Assembly: GCA_963805625.1 (NCBI GenBank) | Contig: CAWDVE010000020.1 | Coordinates: 12,521 to 76,520 of the forward strand | Length of the DNA stretch: 64,000 bases | Reading direction: 5' to 3' | DNA from: an uncultured Candidatus Rokubacteria bacterium | Lineage (GTDB): Bacteria; Methylomirabilota; Methylomirabilia; Rokubacteriales; DASRDR01 | Shown: positions 35,029-48,926 of the stretch, piece by piece | Layout: each line of letters begins with the position of its first letter | How positions within the stretch are numbered: the stretch's first letter is position 1 | Made by a program: the position numbers and the translations under genes | The notes under the pieces: model-generated | Database searches by the model: none | Seen by the model: the letters and a program-made list of their open reading frames with translations, nothing else | Told to the model about the DNA's origin: nothing

Positions 35029-36210
35029 ATGACGACCCCGACGCGCCCGATCTATCTGGACTATGCGTCGACCACCCCCGTGCATCCCGGGGTGCTCCAG
35101 GCCCTGGAACCCTATCTGCGCCAGGAGTTCGGCAATCCCTCGAGCCTCCATCCCTTGGGCCGCCGCGCCGCCGAGGCGGGGGAACGGGCGCGAGGCCAGG
35201 TGGCCGGGGTCCTCGGATGCCACCCGGACGAGATCGTCTTCACCGGCGGAGGCTCGGAGAGCGACAACCTCGCCCTCAAGGGAGTCGCGCTGACTCGCCC
35301 GGGCCGGCGGCATCTCGTCACGACGGCGATCGAGCACAGCGCGGTGCTCGGGGCGGCCCGTGGCCTGCAAGAGTACTTCGGCGTCGATGTGACCTACGTG
35401 CCCGTCGACGCGAGCGGGATCGTCGACCCGGCTGCGGTCGCCGGAGCGATCCGCCCCGACACGTTCCTCGTGAGCGTCATGCTCGCCAACAACGAGATCG
35501 GGACCATTCAGCCCGTCGCCGAGATCGCGCGACTGGCTCGCGCGCGAGGCGTGCCCGTGCACACCGACGCGGTGCAAGCCGCCGGCTTCCTCGACTTGAA
35601 CGTGGATCACCTCGGGGTCGATCTCCTTTCGCTCTCGGCCCACAAGTTCTACGCGCCAAAGGGGGTCGGCGTGCTCTTCGTCCGGCGCGGGACGCCGCTG
35701 GCGCCGTTGATCCACGGCGGCGACCAGGAAGGGCGCCGTCGCGCCGGCACCGAAAACCTGGCGGGCATCGTGGCGTGCGGCGCCGCCCTCGAGCTGGTCG
35801 AGCAGCACCGCCCGGCCACCTGCGCGCGCCTGACCGCGCTACGCGATCGCCTCCTCGAGGGCATCGAAGCCGGAGTGCCCGGCGCGCTCCTGAACGGCGA
35901 CCGTGGGCGCCGGCTTCCCAATAATGTGAACGTCTGCGTCCGCGACGTCCAGGGCGAGACCGTCCTGCTCGGGCTGGAGATGGACGACGTCTACGCCTCC
36001 AGCGGCTCGGCGTGCCACGCCGGCTCCCAGGACCCCTCTCATGTGCTCCTGGCGATCGGTCGGAGCGCCGAGTTGGCCCACACCGCCCTCCGCCTCACCC
36101 TGGGAGCGCCGACTACCGAGGCCGAGATCGAACGGGTGCTGGAGCTCCTGCCGCGGGTGGTGGCCCGCATCCGGGGGAGCGTTCTCGCTCGGTCGGGGGC
36201 TTCTGCTTGA
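35029..36210 (+). CDS. nifS: Cysteine desulfurase (NifS/IscS class)
   Basis: ATG at 35029 within track ORF 34891..36210. YLDYASTTP, ANNEIGTIQP, SLSAHKFYAPKGVG (pyridoxal lysine) and SSGSACHAG (active Cys) are present. Confidence 0.9.
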   Translation: MTTPTRPIYLDYASTTPVHPGVLQALEPYLRQEFGNPSSLHPLGRRAAEAGERARGQVAGVLGCHPDEIVFTGGGSESDNLALKGVALTRPGRRHLVTTAIEHSAVLGAARGLQEYFGVDVTYVPVDASGIVDPAAVAGAIRPDTFLVSVMLANNEIGTIQPVAEIARLARARGVPVHTDAVQAAGFLDLNVDHLGVDLLSLSAHKFYAPKGVGVLFVRRGTPLAPLIHGGDQEGRRRAGTENLAGIVACGAALELVEQHRPATCARLTALRDRLLEGIEAGVPGALLNGDRGRRLPNNVNVCVRDVQGETVLLGLEMDDVYASSGSACHAGSQDPSHVLLAIGRSAELAHTALRLTLGAPTTEAEIERVLELLPRVVARIRGSVLARSGASA

Positions 36211-36384
36211 CCACCCTCGTCTTCCGCCCCACCGGGGAGTCTCCATAGATCGCGCCGCCACGCACCGCGCCGACGGATCCGCGCGCTCGACGCGGGCACG
36301 CGTCCTCACCCGGAGGAGTCTCGTAACTCCGCGATCCGATTAGCCGGGTGGGCCTTCTACCCCATCTGTTACACTGGTAGAGTT

Positions 36385-38164
<1,780 letters not shown>

Positions 38165-38184
<20 letters not shown>

Positions 38185-39328
38185 GCCGGCGCGACTCCTC
38201 GGCCGGCTTGCCGGTCTCAGCCTGGCCGTCCTTCTCGGTGCCGTGCCGGCCCGCGCGCAGCTGGATCCCGAGCCGCGCGCCTATCTGGAGGTCGGCACGG
38301 AGGTGCCACTCAAAGGCAACGCGCCTCTCAACGGCTACGCCTTCTTCCTCTGGAACCGCCCCCACTTCCCGGAGGCGGACCAGTACCTGCGCGTGGTCGT
38401 GGCGCCGACCTACCTCCTCACAGAGCTCGTCCAGGATCACTGGCCCTACGGCCGCCACGCCGTCAGCGTCGGTCTGAACGGCGGCGGGATCCGGTACGGC
38501 CACTGGGAGTACCGGAACGGCAGCTACAAGGGCGAGGAGTCCTTCTGGGGCGACGGCGCCGAACTCCCGCTCTCCTACTACGCGGGGACGAAGCTGTTCG
38601 ACAAGCTGCCCCTTCAGGGCCAGATCCGCGTCACGCCGTCCTTCATCGTCTACCAGCAGTCCCTCGACACCGCGAACCGGTTCGAGCTTCCCCCCGACAC
38701 CGGGCTCTTCACCGGCCGCGTTGGGCTCCGCCTGGGCGGGGTGCCGCCGGAGCTCTTGCCGCAGCTCGCTCTCGAGGCCTCGGCCTGGTACGAGGCCACG
38801 TACCGGACGAACACCGGCACGTTCGGCTTCCCCGACAGCCCGGAGCAGCTGGAGTCGCTCAGCCAGCGCGCCTGGGGGCGCCTGGCGGCCGTCGTCGCGC
38901 CCGCAGACGGGCACACGATCGACGTCTTGGTGACGGCTGGCACCTCGCGCGACGCGGATCTCCTGTCGAGCTTCCGGCTGGGAAGCGCGCTTCCCTTCCG
39001 GAGCGAGTTCCCGCTGATCCTCCACGGCTACTTCGTCGAGGAGGTGTTCGCCAAGCGGTTCTGGCTGCTGAACGCGTCCTACCGGTTCCCCGCCTGGCCG
39101 GGCTCGCGCAAGGTTACCCTCCGGATCGCGTTCGACATGGCGGGCGTCGACTACATCGAGGGGCACCAACTCCCGCGGGAGCACCTCCGGGGGGTAGGGG
39201 GAGACCTCTCCGTCGCGTTCACGCCGCGCGTGACCATGGTCGTCGGCTACGGGTACGGCCTCGACGCCCCCCGCAACGGCGGCTTCGGCGGGCACGAGGC
39301 CCACGCGCTGATCGAGCTGAAGTTTTGA
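38165..39328 (+). CDS. Putative outer-membrane beta-barrel protein
   Basis: 387 aa. A signal-like N-terminus ends in PARAQ. The body has an alternating aromatic/Gly pattern and ends ...HALIELKF (C-terminal Phe). The TTG start overlaps the typA end by 20 nt. Confidence 0.55.
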
Positions 39329-40765
39329 CTAGGGGGCGGGGGGACCGGGCGGCGCCGCGGGCGCGCCCGGGGCGTTCCCTCGCCGACCGCCCCGGCGGCG
39401 ACGGCGCGGGCGCCCCGCGGCGGCATCGGGACTCGCACCGGGCGGCGCGAACCTCTCCACCGAGGGCGGCGGGCCCTCGCGTCGAGGCCCGTCCAGCGGG
39501 CGGCCCGGCGGGCGGCGCATCGGGCCGCCCGGGCGCGGCCCGCGACCCCCGTGCCCGGCCCGGCGCGCCTCGCGGGCCTCGGCCGACCGGCGGCGCTCCT
39601 CGGCCGTCGGCCTGATCTCAGGCAGGAACAGCGCGTCCTCCGCCCACTCCACGCGAATGCGCTGGCCGATGAAGCGCTCGACGCCCTCGAGCGACAAGGC
39701 GCTCGCCTCGTCGACCAGGCTGATGGCCTTCCCGAACGCGCCGGCGCGCGCCGTCCGGCCGATCCGGTGGACGTAGTCCTCGGGGTCCTGGGGCAGGTCC
39801 CAGTTGTAGACGTGGGTGACGTCGGGAATGTGCAGCCCCCGCGACGCCACGTCGGTCGCCACGAGGATCCGCACGCTCCCGTCCTTGAACGCCTCCAGGG
39901 TGCGGAGACGCTTCCGCTGGTCAACATCACCGCTGAGGGCCCGGGCCGCGTGACCATTCCGCTCGAGGCGCTCCACCAGGCGGTGCACCTCGTCGCGCGT
40001 GTTGGTGAAGATGAGGATCCGCCCGCCCTGCTCGGCCGCGAGCAGGCCCAGCAGGAGGCCGAACTTCTCGTGGCGCCCCGCGTGGTAGAGCACCTGCTCG
40101 ACGCGCTCGACGGTCACCTGCTCCGGCGACACCGTGATCTGCGCGGGGTTGTTCATGAACTCGTAGGTGAGCTCGAGGACACGGAAGGACAGCGTGGCCG
40201 AGAACAGGAAGGACTGCCGCGCTTCGGGCGGGGGCAGCCGGCGCAGGATCCACCGGATGTCGGCGATGAACCCCATGTCGAACATGCGGTCCGCCTCGTC
40301 GAGAACGAGCACCTCGACCCGGGCCGGCGACCACGCGCGCTGCTTCAGGTAGTCGATCAGCCGCCCGGGCGTCCCGATCAGCAGGTCGAGCGGGCCCTGC
40401 AGCGACTCCCGCTGCTTGATGTAGTCCACACCGCCGAAGACGAGCGCCGTGCGGAGACCCGTGTAGCGGCCGAGCTGCCGCGCGTCCGCATCGATTTGGA
40501 CGACGAGCTCCCGCGTGGGCGCGATGATCAGGGCGCGCGGCGACGCCTCGCGGGGTCCGGCCGGCGGGTGGCGGAGTAGCCGGGTGAAGGTCGAGATCAG
40601 GAACGCCGCTGTCTTGCCGGTGCCGGTCTGGGCCTGCCCGGCCACGTCCTTGCCGCGGAGGGCGACGGGCAGCGCCGCTTCCTGGATGGGCGTCGCGGTC
40701 GTGAACCCGGCAGCCTGGATGCCCTGCTGGACCGCGGGCGGAACGTCGAGCTCGGCGAATCGCAT
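39329..40765 (-). CDS. DEAD-box ATP-dependent RNA helicase with an Arg/Gly/Pro-rich C-terminal tail
   Basis: ATG at 40765 within track ORF 39329..41239. Q motif TPIQ, AQTGTGKT, DEAD, SAT and HRIGRTARAG are present. Confidence 0.9.
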   Translation of the reverse strand: MRFAELDVPPAVQQGIQAAGFTTATPIQEAALPVALRGKDVAGQAQTGTGKTAAFLISTFTRLLRHPPAGPREASPRALIIAPTRELVVQIDADARQLGRYTGLRTALVFGGVDYIKQRESLQGPLDLLIGTPGRLIDYLKQRAWSPARVEVLVLDEADRMFDMGFIADIRWILRRLPPPEARQSFLFSATLSFRVLELTYEFMNNPAQITVSPEQVTVERVEQVLYHAGRHEKFGLLLGLLAAEQGGRILIFTNTRDEVHRLVERLERNGHAARALSGDVDQRKRLRTLEAFKDGSVRILVATDVASRGLHIPDVTHVYNWDLPQDPEDYVHRIGRTARAGAFGKAISLVDEASALSLEGVERFIGQRIRVEWAEDALFLPEIRPTAEERRRSAEAREARRAGHGGRGPRPGGPMRRPPGRPLDGPRREGPPPSVERFAPPGASPDAAAGRPRRRRRGGRRGNAPGAPAAPPGPPAP

Positions 40766-40770
40766 CGGGG

Positions 40771-41541
40771 TCAGGCCGCCGCGGGCTTCTTCCGGCGGCC
40801 GAACAGCCGGGCGGCCACGATACCGGCCTCGTAGAGGAGGCAGAGCGGCCCGGCCATCAGGAGCTGGTTGAAGGCGTCGGGCGTCGGCGTGAGGATGGCG
40901 GCCGCCACGAAGCAGAGGAGGATCGCGTACTTCCGATTCTTCGACAGGAACTCGGGCGTCACGAGCCCGAGCCGGGTACCCAGGGTGAGGGCGAGTGGCA
41001 GCTCGAAGACGAGACCGAAGGCGAGCGTGAACTTCAGGACGAAGTCGACGTACCGGTTCACCGAGAGCGTCGGCACGAGATTCTGCGTCTTGTAGCTGAC
41101 GAGAAACTTGACCGCGAAGGGGATGATCACCTTGAGCGCAAAGGTGGCGCCGATGAAGAACATGAGCGTGGACAGGATGACGAACGGGAGCGCGAACCGG
41201 CGCTCGTGGGGCAGCAGCCCCGGCGCGATGAAGGCCCACACCTGGTAGAGCAGCACGGGCAGGACCAGGAACGCGCCCGCGATGAGGGCGACCTTCATGT
41301 TGACCCAGAACGGCTCGGTCGGCTCGAGGAAGACCAGCTTGATCGGCTCGATCGGCTGGGCCATCCAGGTGATCAGCCGCTCGGAGAAGCTGAAGGTCGC
41401 GATGAAGCCCAGCCCCAGCGCGATCAGCGCCACCATGATCCGCTGCCTGAGCTCGCCCAGATGGGCGAGGAAGGGCATGCGGCCCTCCTCGACGTCCTGG
41501 GCATCGGCGCCGGGCGGCAAGGCCTTCCGGAAGAGCATCAC
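40771..41541 (-). CDS. tatC: Twin-arginine translocase subunit TatC
   Basis: 256 aa. HLGELRQRI, six TM helices and LLYQVWAFIAPGL are present. Confidence 0.9.
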   Translation of the reverse strand: MMLFRKALPPGADAQDVEEGRMPFLAHLGELRQRIMVALIALGLGFIATFSFSERLITWMAQPIEPIKLVFLEPTEPFWVNMKVALIAGAFLVLPVLLYQVWAFIAPGLLPHERRFALPFVILSTLMFFIGATFALKVIIPFAVKFLVSYKTQNLVPTLSVNRYVDFVLKFTLAFGLVFELPLALTLGTRLGLVTPEFLSKNRKYAILLCFVAAAILTPTPDAFNQLLMAGPLCLLYEAGIVAARLFGRRKKPAAA

Positions 41542-42325
41542 TCGGCCAGGGTCGCCGGCGCCGTCTCGCGCGGGTTCACGACAAGGGTGACCTCGCCCCG
41601 GACGCCCGTGGCGGCGAGCGCCGCCCGCAGGCTCCCCGCCGTCCCCCGGCGGAACTCCTCGAACCGCTTGGTCACCTCGCGGGCGAGCACCACCTCCGCC
41701 GCGCCGAAGACCGCCTCGATCGCCTCGAGAGTCGCCAGGAGGCGGTGCGGGCTCTCATAGAGCACGACCGGGCGCTCGAGCGCCGCGAGCTCCCGCAGCC
41801 GGGTGAGCCGGCGGCCGGGCTTCACCGGCAAGAAACCCTCGAACACGAACCGGTCCGCGGGAATACCCGCCGCCGACAGCGCGGCGAGCAGCGCGGAGGC
41901 GCCCGGGATCGGCACGACCGGCACGCCCGCGTCACGGCACAGCCGGACCAGCCGGAAACCGGGATCCGACACCCCGGGCGTCCCGGCATCCGTCACCAGC
42001 GCGATCCGCGCGCCGCCCTGGAGCCGGCGCAGGAGCTCGGGACCCCGCCGCGCCTGGTTGTGCTCGAAGTAGGAGACCAGCGCCGCCCGGACCCCGTAGG
42101 CTTGGAGCAGGCTCCGGGTCCGGCGGGTGTCCTCGGCCGCGACGAGGTCGACCTCGCGCAGGACGCGGAGCGCGCGCAGCGTGATGTCCTCGAGATTGCC
42201 GATCGGGGTGGCGACGACAAAGAGCGTGCCGGCCGGTAGCGCGACCGGCGGCGCCGGCAGGAGGCCCTCGTCGTCCGGCGCCGGCCCCGGGCCAGCCGGG
42301 ATGACCAGGGCCCGCTCCGGCCCGC

Positions 42326-43576
<1,251 letters not shown>

Positions 43577-43599
43577 TCGTTCCCCCCCGGGGCCTCCGC

Positions 43600-44229
43600 C
43601 TAGCTTCGCCGCCCGTCGCCCGCCGCGGCGGCTGCCCGGAGAACGGGCGCGTGGGACACGATGACCTGGTCCACAATCCCGTACTCCTTGGCCTGCTCGG
43701 CGGTCATGAAGAAGTCCCGGTCCGTGTCCTTCGCGATCCGCTCGATCGGCTGGCCGGTGTGGGTCACCAGGATCCGGTTCAGCTCGTCCCGGATGCGCAG
43801 GATCTCCCGCGCCTGGATGTCGATGTCCGTCGCCTGGCCCTGCACGCCCGCCAGCGGCTGGTGGATCATCATCCGCGAGTGCGGCAGGGCGAAGCGCTTG
43901 CCCTTGGCCCCCGCGCACAGGAGGAGCGCCCCCATCGACGCGGCCTGGCCCATGCAGATCGTCGAGACGGCCGGCTTCACGTACTGCATGGTGTCGTAGA
44001 TCGCCATCCCCGCCGTCACCGAGCCGCCCGGGCTGTTCACGTAGAGATACACGTCCTTGTCCGGATCCTCGGCCTCCAGGAACAGCATCTGGGCGATGAC
44101 CAGGTTGGCCATGTCGTCTTCGATGTAGCTCGGCAAGAAGATGATGCGCTCCTTCAGGAGCCGCGAGAAGATATCGTACGCGCGCTCTCCGCGCGGGGTC
44201 TGCTCCACAACCATGGGGATGAGTGCCAC
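43600..44229 (-). CDS. clpP: ATP-dependent Clp protease proteolytic subunit
   Basis: GTG at 44229, 4 nt after [38 protein letters not shown] and MIHQP are present. Confidence 0.95.
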   Translation of the reverse strand: MALIPMVVEQTPRGERAYDIFSRLLKERIIFLPSYIEDDMANLVIAQMLFLEAEDPDKDVYLYVNSPGGSVTAGMAIYDTMQYVKPAVSTICMGQAASMGALLLCAGAKGKRFALPHSRMMIHQPLAGVQGQATDIDIQAREILRIRDELNRILVTHTGQPIERIAKDTDRDFFMTAEQAKEYGIVDQVIVSHAPVLRAAAAAGDGRRS

Positions 44230-44267
44230 AGCGCCTCCTACCCTGGCCCGACCTGTCGTCGGGCGTG

Positions 44268-45560
44268 TCATTCGACTTTGGCGACTTCGGCGGCCGGCTC
44301 GATCTTCGCGTGCTCGACGAGGAGTGCCAGGGTCTTGGCCTCGCGGAGCGTCAGCCGCAGCCCCTCCAGCTCGTTGCCCCGCTCGAGCATGCTCCGGATG
44401 GCCTGGGGCGCGCGTCCCGAATCCCGGGCCAGGCGCGCCACCTCCGCGTCCACGTCCGCCTCGCCGACGGTCAGCTCCTCCCGCGCGGCGATGGCCTCGA
44501 GGAGGAGCGCCCGGCGCACCGAGCGCTCGGCGTCCGGCCGCAGCTCGGCCGCGAGCTTCTGATAGTCCCAGCGGACGGCGTCCGGGTCGACCCCCTGCCG
44601 GCGCAGGCTCTCGCGGGCGTGCCCGATCCGGTGCGAGACCTCGCGGACGACGAGGCTCTCGGGCACCACGAAGGCGTGGCGCGCCAGCGCGGCGTCCACG
44701 ACGGCCTCGTCGAGCGCCTGGCGATCCTGCCGGTGCCGATCGGCCACGAGCCGCGCCCGGACCGCATCCTGGAGCTCGGCGAGCGTATCGTGCGCCCCCA
44801 AGCCCCGGGCGAGCTCGTCGTCGATCGCCGGCACTTCCTTCTCCTTCACCTCGACCACTCGCAGCGCGAGCTCGCCCGTCCGCCCCCGAAGCTCCTCGCG
44901 CGGATGCCCCTCGGGGAACCGCACCTGAACCCGCCGCTCCGCGCCCGCCTTGAGACCGATCACGGCCTCGTCCATCTCGGGAAGCACCCGACCGCCGCCG
45001 ACCTCGAAGGCGTAGCCTTGCTCGGCGCGCGGCTCGCCCGTCTCCGGCCGGAGCTCGTAGTCGATCACCACGAAGTCGCCCACCCGCGCCGGGCGCGCCA
45101 CGGTCACGAGCGTGGCTCGCTGCTCCGCGAGCGCGGTGAGCGTCCCCTCGACGTCGGCATCGGTCACCGGCCGGGGCGAGTGCCGCGCGGTCACGCCCCG
45201 GTACTCGCCGAGCGCGATCGCGGGCTTGATCTCGACCACCGCGGTAAAGCGGAGCGGCTGCCCTTCCTCGAGCTGGAGCTCACGAAACTCCGGGTCCTCA
45301 ACAGGCCGGAGCTGGGCCTCGTCCACGGCCCGGCGGTAGACCGCCGGAATCAGCGCCTCGGCGACCACCTGCCGGACCTCGTCCCCGAACCGCGACCGCA
45401 CGAGCGTCATCGGGACCTTGCCCCGGCGGAAGCCGGGAAGCCGGGCGTCTCGCTGGACCCGACCGCACGCGGCCGTCCAGGCCGCCCGCACTTCTTCCTC
45501 GGGCGCCTCGACGACCAGCTGGCGCTTACAGGGATCGAGCTCTTGAATCTCGACTTTCAT
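44268..45560 (-). CDS. tig: Trigger factor
   Basis: 430 aa. The N-terminal ribosome-binding motif is GFRRGKVP. A central FKBP-like region is present. The canonical tig-clpP-clpX order holds. Confidence 0.9.
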   Translation of the reverse strand: MKVEIQELDPCKRQLVVEAPEEEVRAAWTAACGRVQRDARLPGFRRGKVPMTLVRSRFGDEVRQVVAEALIPAVYRRAVDEAQLRPVEDPEFRELQLEEGQPLRFTAVVEIKPAIALGEYRGVTARHSPRPVTDADVEGTLTALAEQRATLVTVARPARVGDFVVIDYELRPETGEPRAEQGYAFEVGGGRVLPEMDEAVIGLKAGAERRVQVRFPEGHPREELRGRTGELALRVVEVKEKEVPAIDDELARGLGAHDTLAELQDAVRARLVADRHRQDRQALDEAVVDAALARHAFVVPESLVVREVSHRIGHARESLRRQGVDPDAVRWDYQKLAAELRPDAERSVRRALLLEAIAAREELTVGEADVDAEVARLARDSGRAPQAIRSMLERGNELEGLRLTLREAKTLALLVEHAKIEPAAEVAKVE

Positions 45561-45593
45561 CGAATAGACCGTGCCATTGTCCTAGGCGAGGTG

Positions 45594-45681
<88 letters not shown>

Positions 45682-45787
45682 CGTCCCGGGTGTCGCGGCG
45701 GCGTCGACCTCCCTGCCCCCGCGCGTGATCTCGTCCCGACCTGGAGGAGTATACCGGACGGGGAGACCCCCGGCAAGAAACCGCGTC

Positions 45788-46290
45788 TCAGGCGCCGTGC
45801 CAGGGCTCGCTGCGGATGCTGACGGTGAGCCGATGACGCACACGCCGGGCGCCACGGTGACGGCGCCGCGGCCGACATTGCCGGATTCCACGCAGAGAAA
45901 TCTCGGCCACTCGTCGCCGCCGAGATCGGGCAGCGCGCGCGCCACGCCCGGGTTCCACACGACTGTCGCCTCGGAGCCCGTCTTGACGATCTTCAGGCGG
46001 CGGTGCGCGACCGGATCCTGGATGACGCAGGTGGCGTGCGTCTCGTCGTAGATGCGGCCCGTCTCGCCACGCACGACGAGGGGCGCCGCGCCGCCTCGCT
46101 TCCCCGCGAAGTCCTCCGTCTCGTCGAGAAACGCGGCGCCCTCGAGACCGGTCACCGAGAGACGCGGCAGGCCGCCGCGTCCGGCCGTGAGGTAGGCGCC
46201 CGGGGGAAGCGGCCCGCTGCCGGCCAGCAGCCCCGCCAGCGGGCCTCCGACGGACGTCACCCGTCCGGCGCAGGGGTCCGTCGGCCTGAG
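45788..46290 (-). pseudogene. D-hexose-6-phosphate mutarotase (aldose 1-epimerase family) remnant, N-terminally truncated and frameshifted
   Basis: Track ORF 45526..46386 reads ...LSVTGLEGAAFLDE..GETGRIYDE..IQDP..RRLKIVKTGSEATVVWNPG...WPRFLCVESGNV..VTVAPG, then runs on across the tRNA. A shifted frame gives the expected family ending RVRHRLTVSIRSEPWHGA-stop at 45788. The N-terminal half of the family is missing because the OmpA-like gene ends at 46292. Confidence 0.5.
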
Positions 46291-46291
46291 G

Positions 46292-47044
46292 TCACTCGGC
46301 CGTGGCGTAGAGGCGAATCGACACCCGCCGATTCTGATCGCGGCCCTGCTTGGTCTTATTGTCGGCCACCGGCCGGATGTCGCCAAGCCCGATCGAGTGG
46401 ATCCGGGGCAGCTCGACGCCCTTCTCGACCAGGAACCGACGCACCGCCTCCGCCCGGCGCTGGCTGAGCCCGATGTTGTAGGCGCTGGCGCCGATGTTGT
46501 CGGTGTAGCCCTCGAGCTCCACGGACAGCTGGGGCTGGTCCTGGAGCTGCTTGACCAGCGCGAGGAGCCGCGTCTGCGCGCCGTCGTCCAGCACCCACTT
46601 GTCGAAGTCGAACTGCACCACCAGCGTTTCGGTGAGCGTGCGCTTGTCCCTGCTCGCCCAGAGCTTCGTCAGGCGCTGGTCGGTCTCGGTCGCCTTCCCG
46701 AGCGCCTCCTTCGCGGTGGCGCCGGCAGCGTCCGCCCGCGTCGCCGCATCGGTGGCCTTGGCGCTCGCCTCGTCGGCCCGGCTCGCCGCCTGAGTTGCCA
46801 CCGCCGTCGCCTCGGAGACCTTGCGGGTCGCGGCCTCCGTGGCCGCGCGCGTCTCGCCGAGCTCCTTCTGGAGTCCGTCGACCCGAGCCTTCTCGTCACC
46901 GAGCGACTTGTCGACGCGGCCGACCTCGCTGCCGACCCTCTCCTGGCTCTTGGCGACTTCTTCCTGGACGAACTTCTTCGTGGCGCACCCCGTGACGATC
47001 AGGGCGCCGCCGAGAAGACCGCCGATCACCTTCCTCCACGCCAT
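46292..47044 (-). CDS. OmpA-family lipoprotein with a coiled-coil spacer
   Basis: 250 aa. The lipobox is LIVTGC. An Ala/Glu/Thr-rich helical region follows. The C-terminus has FDFDKWVL...GYTDNIGASAYNIGLSQRRAEAV (OmpA_C). Confidence 0.8.
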   Translation of the reverse strand: MAWRKVIGGLLGGALIVTGCATKKFVQEEVAKSQERVGSEVGRVDKSLGDEKARVDGLQKELGETRAATEAATRKVSEATAVATQAASRADEASAKATDAATRADAAGATAKEALGKATETDQRLTKLWASRDKRTLTETLVVQFDFDKWVLDDGAQTRLLALVKQLQDQPQLSVELEGYTDNIGASAYNIGLSQRRAEAVRRFLVEKGVELPRIHSIGLGDIRPVADNKTKQGRDQNRRVSIRLYATAE

Positions 47045-47373
47045 GGTCGCGCCCTCTCGTCTGTCCGGAGTCTCGCCGATCGCACCGCGCTAGCCGCGCG
47101 GACGGGCCCAAGTGTACCCGACCGGGACCGCGCCTGCCGGCGGAACACCCCCCGGCCCGCCAGGCGACCTACACCGGCGGACGCCTCGGAACGCCTGTGC
47201 CCAGCACCCCGCTCCCGGCCCCGCGGGCCGACGGCGAGATCGCCGCCCGGAGCATGGACGCCCCAAGGCCATGGGCGGGTCGATTACACCACGGCGAAGG
47301 CACCCCGGGCCAGGCGGCCCGGTTGACCCTGCCCGTGAGCCCGGCTAGGTTCCGGGAGAGGAGAAACCCTGGT

Positions 47374-48588
47374 GTGAAGCGCGACAGCCGCTCCGTGGTG
47401 GCGCGCGTTCTGGCGGGCGACGTGCGCGCCGCGGAGCGCCGGCACGTCCAGCTGATGGAGAACGCCGAGGGGTTGCCGGCGCGACCGTTCCTCGGGGGCA
47501 CGAGCCTCGATGTCGACCGCGCCCTGAGCGAGATCGCGATCTTCAGCGCGATGGTGCGCTGCCTTCCGAGCGGCCCCGGGTCGCTCGTGCTGGACCTGGG
47601 CGCAGGACCGTGCTGGGTGAGCGAGTGGCTGCAGCGCCTCCGGTACCGCACCCTGTCGCTCGATCTCGCGGAGGACATGCTGGCGATCGGGCGACGCCGT
47701 TTGGCGCCTGGAAGCTGGCTCTGCGCGGCGGACATGGCGGCCCTGCCGGTGAAGGCGCGCAGCGTGGACGCGGCCCTCTGCTACGGCGCGCTCCATCACG
47801 TCCCCGAGTGGGTCGACGTTCTGGGCGAGGTGCACCGGGTCCTGAAGGATGGCGGCGTGCTGGTCCTTCAAGAGCCGGGGCAGGGTCATGCGACGCAGGC
47901 GCACTCGGTCGCGCAGATGGAGCAGTTCGGCGTCCTGGAGCAGGACCTGCCCCCCCGTCAGCTCGCCCGCGCTTGCCTCCGGGTCGGCTTCTCGCGGGTC
48001 GCCATCCGCCCCGTGGCCCTGCTCTCCGGCGGGCGGAGCCGCATCCTCCCGCCCTACACGCTCTGGCGGGCCGCGCCGCGAGTCTTCCTCCACAAGCGGC
48101 TCCAGCGACTCGCGGCCACGATCACCGAACGCCTCCTGAACCTCGTCAGTCCGCTCCACATCGTCGTGGCCGCGAAGGGCGCGCCGTGGGCGGATTCCCG
48201 GAGGCCGGAAACGCTCCTCGCGCGCTTCCGGCACGTGGAGTGCCCGGTCTCGCTGCACGTCGGGGTCCCGGCGGCCTTCCGGGTCCGCGTGCAGAACACC
48301 GGGCAGACGCGCTGGATCGCGCACACGGACCGGTCCGGCGTCGGACAGGTTCGCCTGGGGCTGTCGCTCCTGGATTCGGAGGGTCGGCTCCGCCAGCTCG
48401 ACTTCGGGCGGTGCAGCCTCGCGCGGGACGTCGCGCCGGGCGAGGAGGTGCAGATCGAGGGCGAGGTCCCGCCGCTTCCCGACGCCGGCCGATACCTGCT
48501 GCGCTTCGATCTGGTCGCCGAGGGGGTGAGCTGGTTCGCCGACCGCGGCACCATTCCCTGCGCGGTGCCGATCGAGGTCACGCCCTGA
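47374..48588 (+). CDS. Class I SAM-dependent methyltransferase with an extra C-terminal beta-rich domain
   Basis: GTG at 47374 behind GGAGAGGAG, within track ORF 47197..48588. VLDLGAGPCWVS (motif I) and LKDGGVLVLQEP are present. Confidence 0.75.
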   Translation: MKRDSRSVVARVLAGDVRAAERRHVQLMENAEGLPARPFLGGTSLDVDRALSEIAIFSAMVRCLPSGPGSLVLDLGAGPCWVSEWLQRLRYRTLSLDLAEDMLAIGRRRLAPGSWLCAADMAALPVKARSVDAALCYGALHHVPEWVDVLGEVHRVLKDGGVLVLQEPGQGHATQAHSVAQMEQFGVLEQDLPPRQLARACLRVGFSRVAIRPVALLSGGRSRILPPYTLWRAAPRVFLHKRLQRLAATITERLLNLVSPLHIVVAAKGAPWADSRRPETLLARFRHVECPVSLHVGVPAAFRVRVQNTGQTRWIAHTDRSGVGQVRLGLSLLDSEGRLRQLDFGRCSLARDVAPGEEVQIEGEVPPLPDAGRYLLRFDLVAEGVSWFADRGTIPCAVPIEVTP

Positions 48589-48592
48589 GCTG

Positions 48593-48814
48593 TTACCGCG
48601 CGCTCGGGCCTCCGCCCGTCCGGCACGCGTGGCAGAGGCGATGGGCCTTTGAGTCGCTCCGGAACGGGCGGTCGCAGTCCAGGCAGGTGAGCTGGCGGCT
48701 GCCGTCAGGCCAGTCGTTGAGCGACTCGGGCAGTTCCTGGCAGCCGAGATGCGCGGCCTCGCCGGCGGCGACCGGGCGCGCGCACATCCGGCATCTGGGA
48801 ATTCCGGTGATCAT
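48593..48814 (-). CDS. Small Cys-rich (three CxxC pairs) zinc-ribbon-like protein
   Basis: 73 aa with CRMC, CLDC and CHAC. Composition is plausible. No family recognised. Confidence 0.4.
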   Translation of the reverse strand: MITGIPRCRMCARPVAAGEAAHLGCQELPESLNDWPDGSRQLTCLDCDRPFRSDSKAHRLCHACRTGGGPSAR

Positions 48815-48926
48815 GCGTCCGCCCTTCGGCCCTCCGAACGGTCATGCGGCTCCGAGACTCCGCGAGCGGACATCCCGGGATCAGCGGTTCGGCGGGTCCG
48901 CGCGCCGCCGCGCGAGTGTCCTCGGG

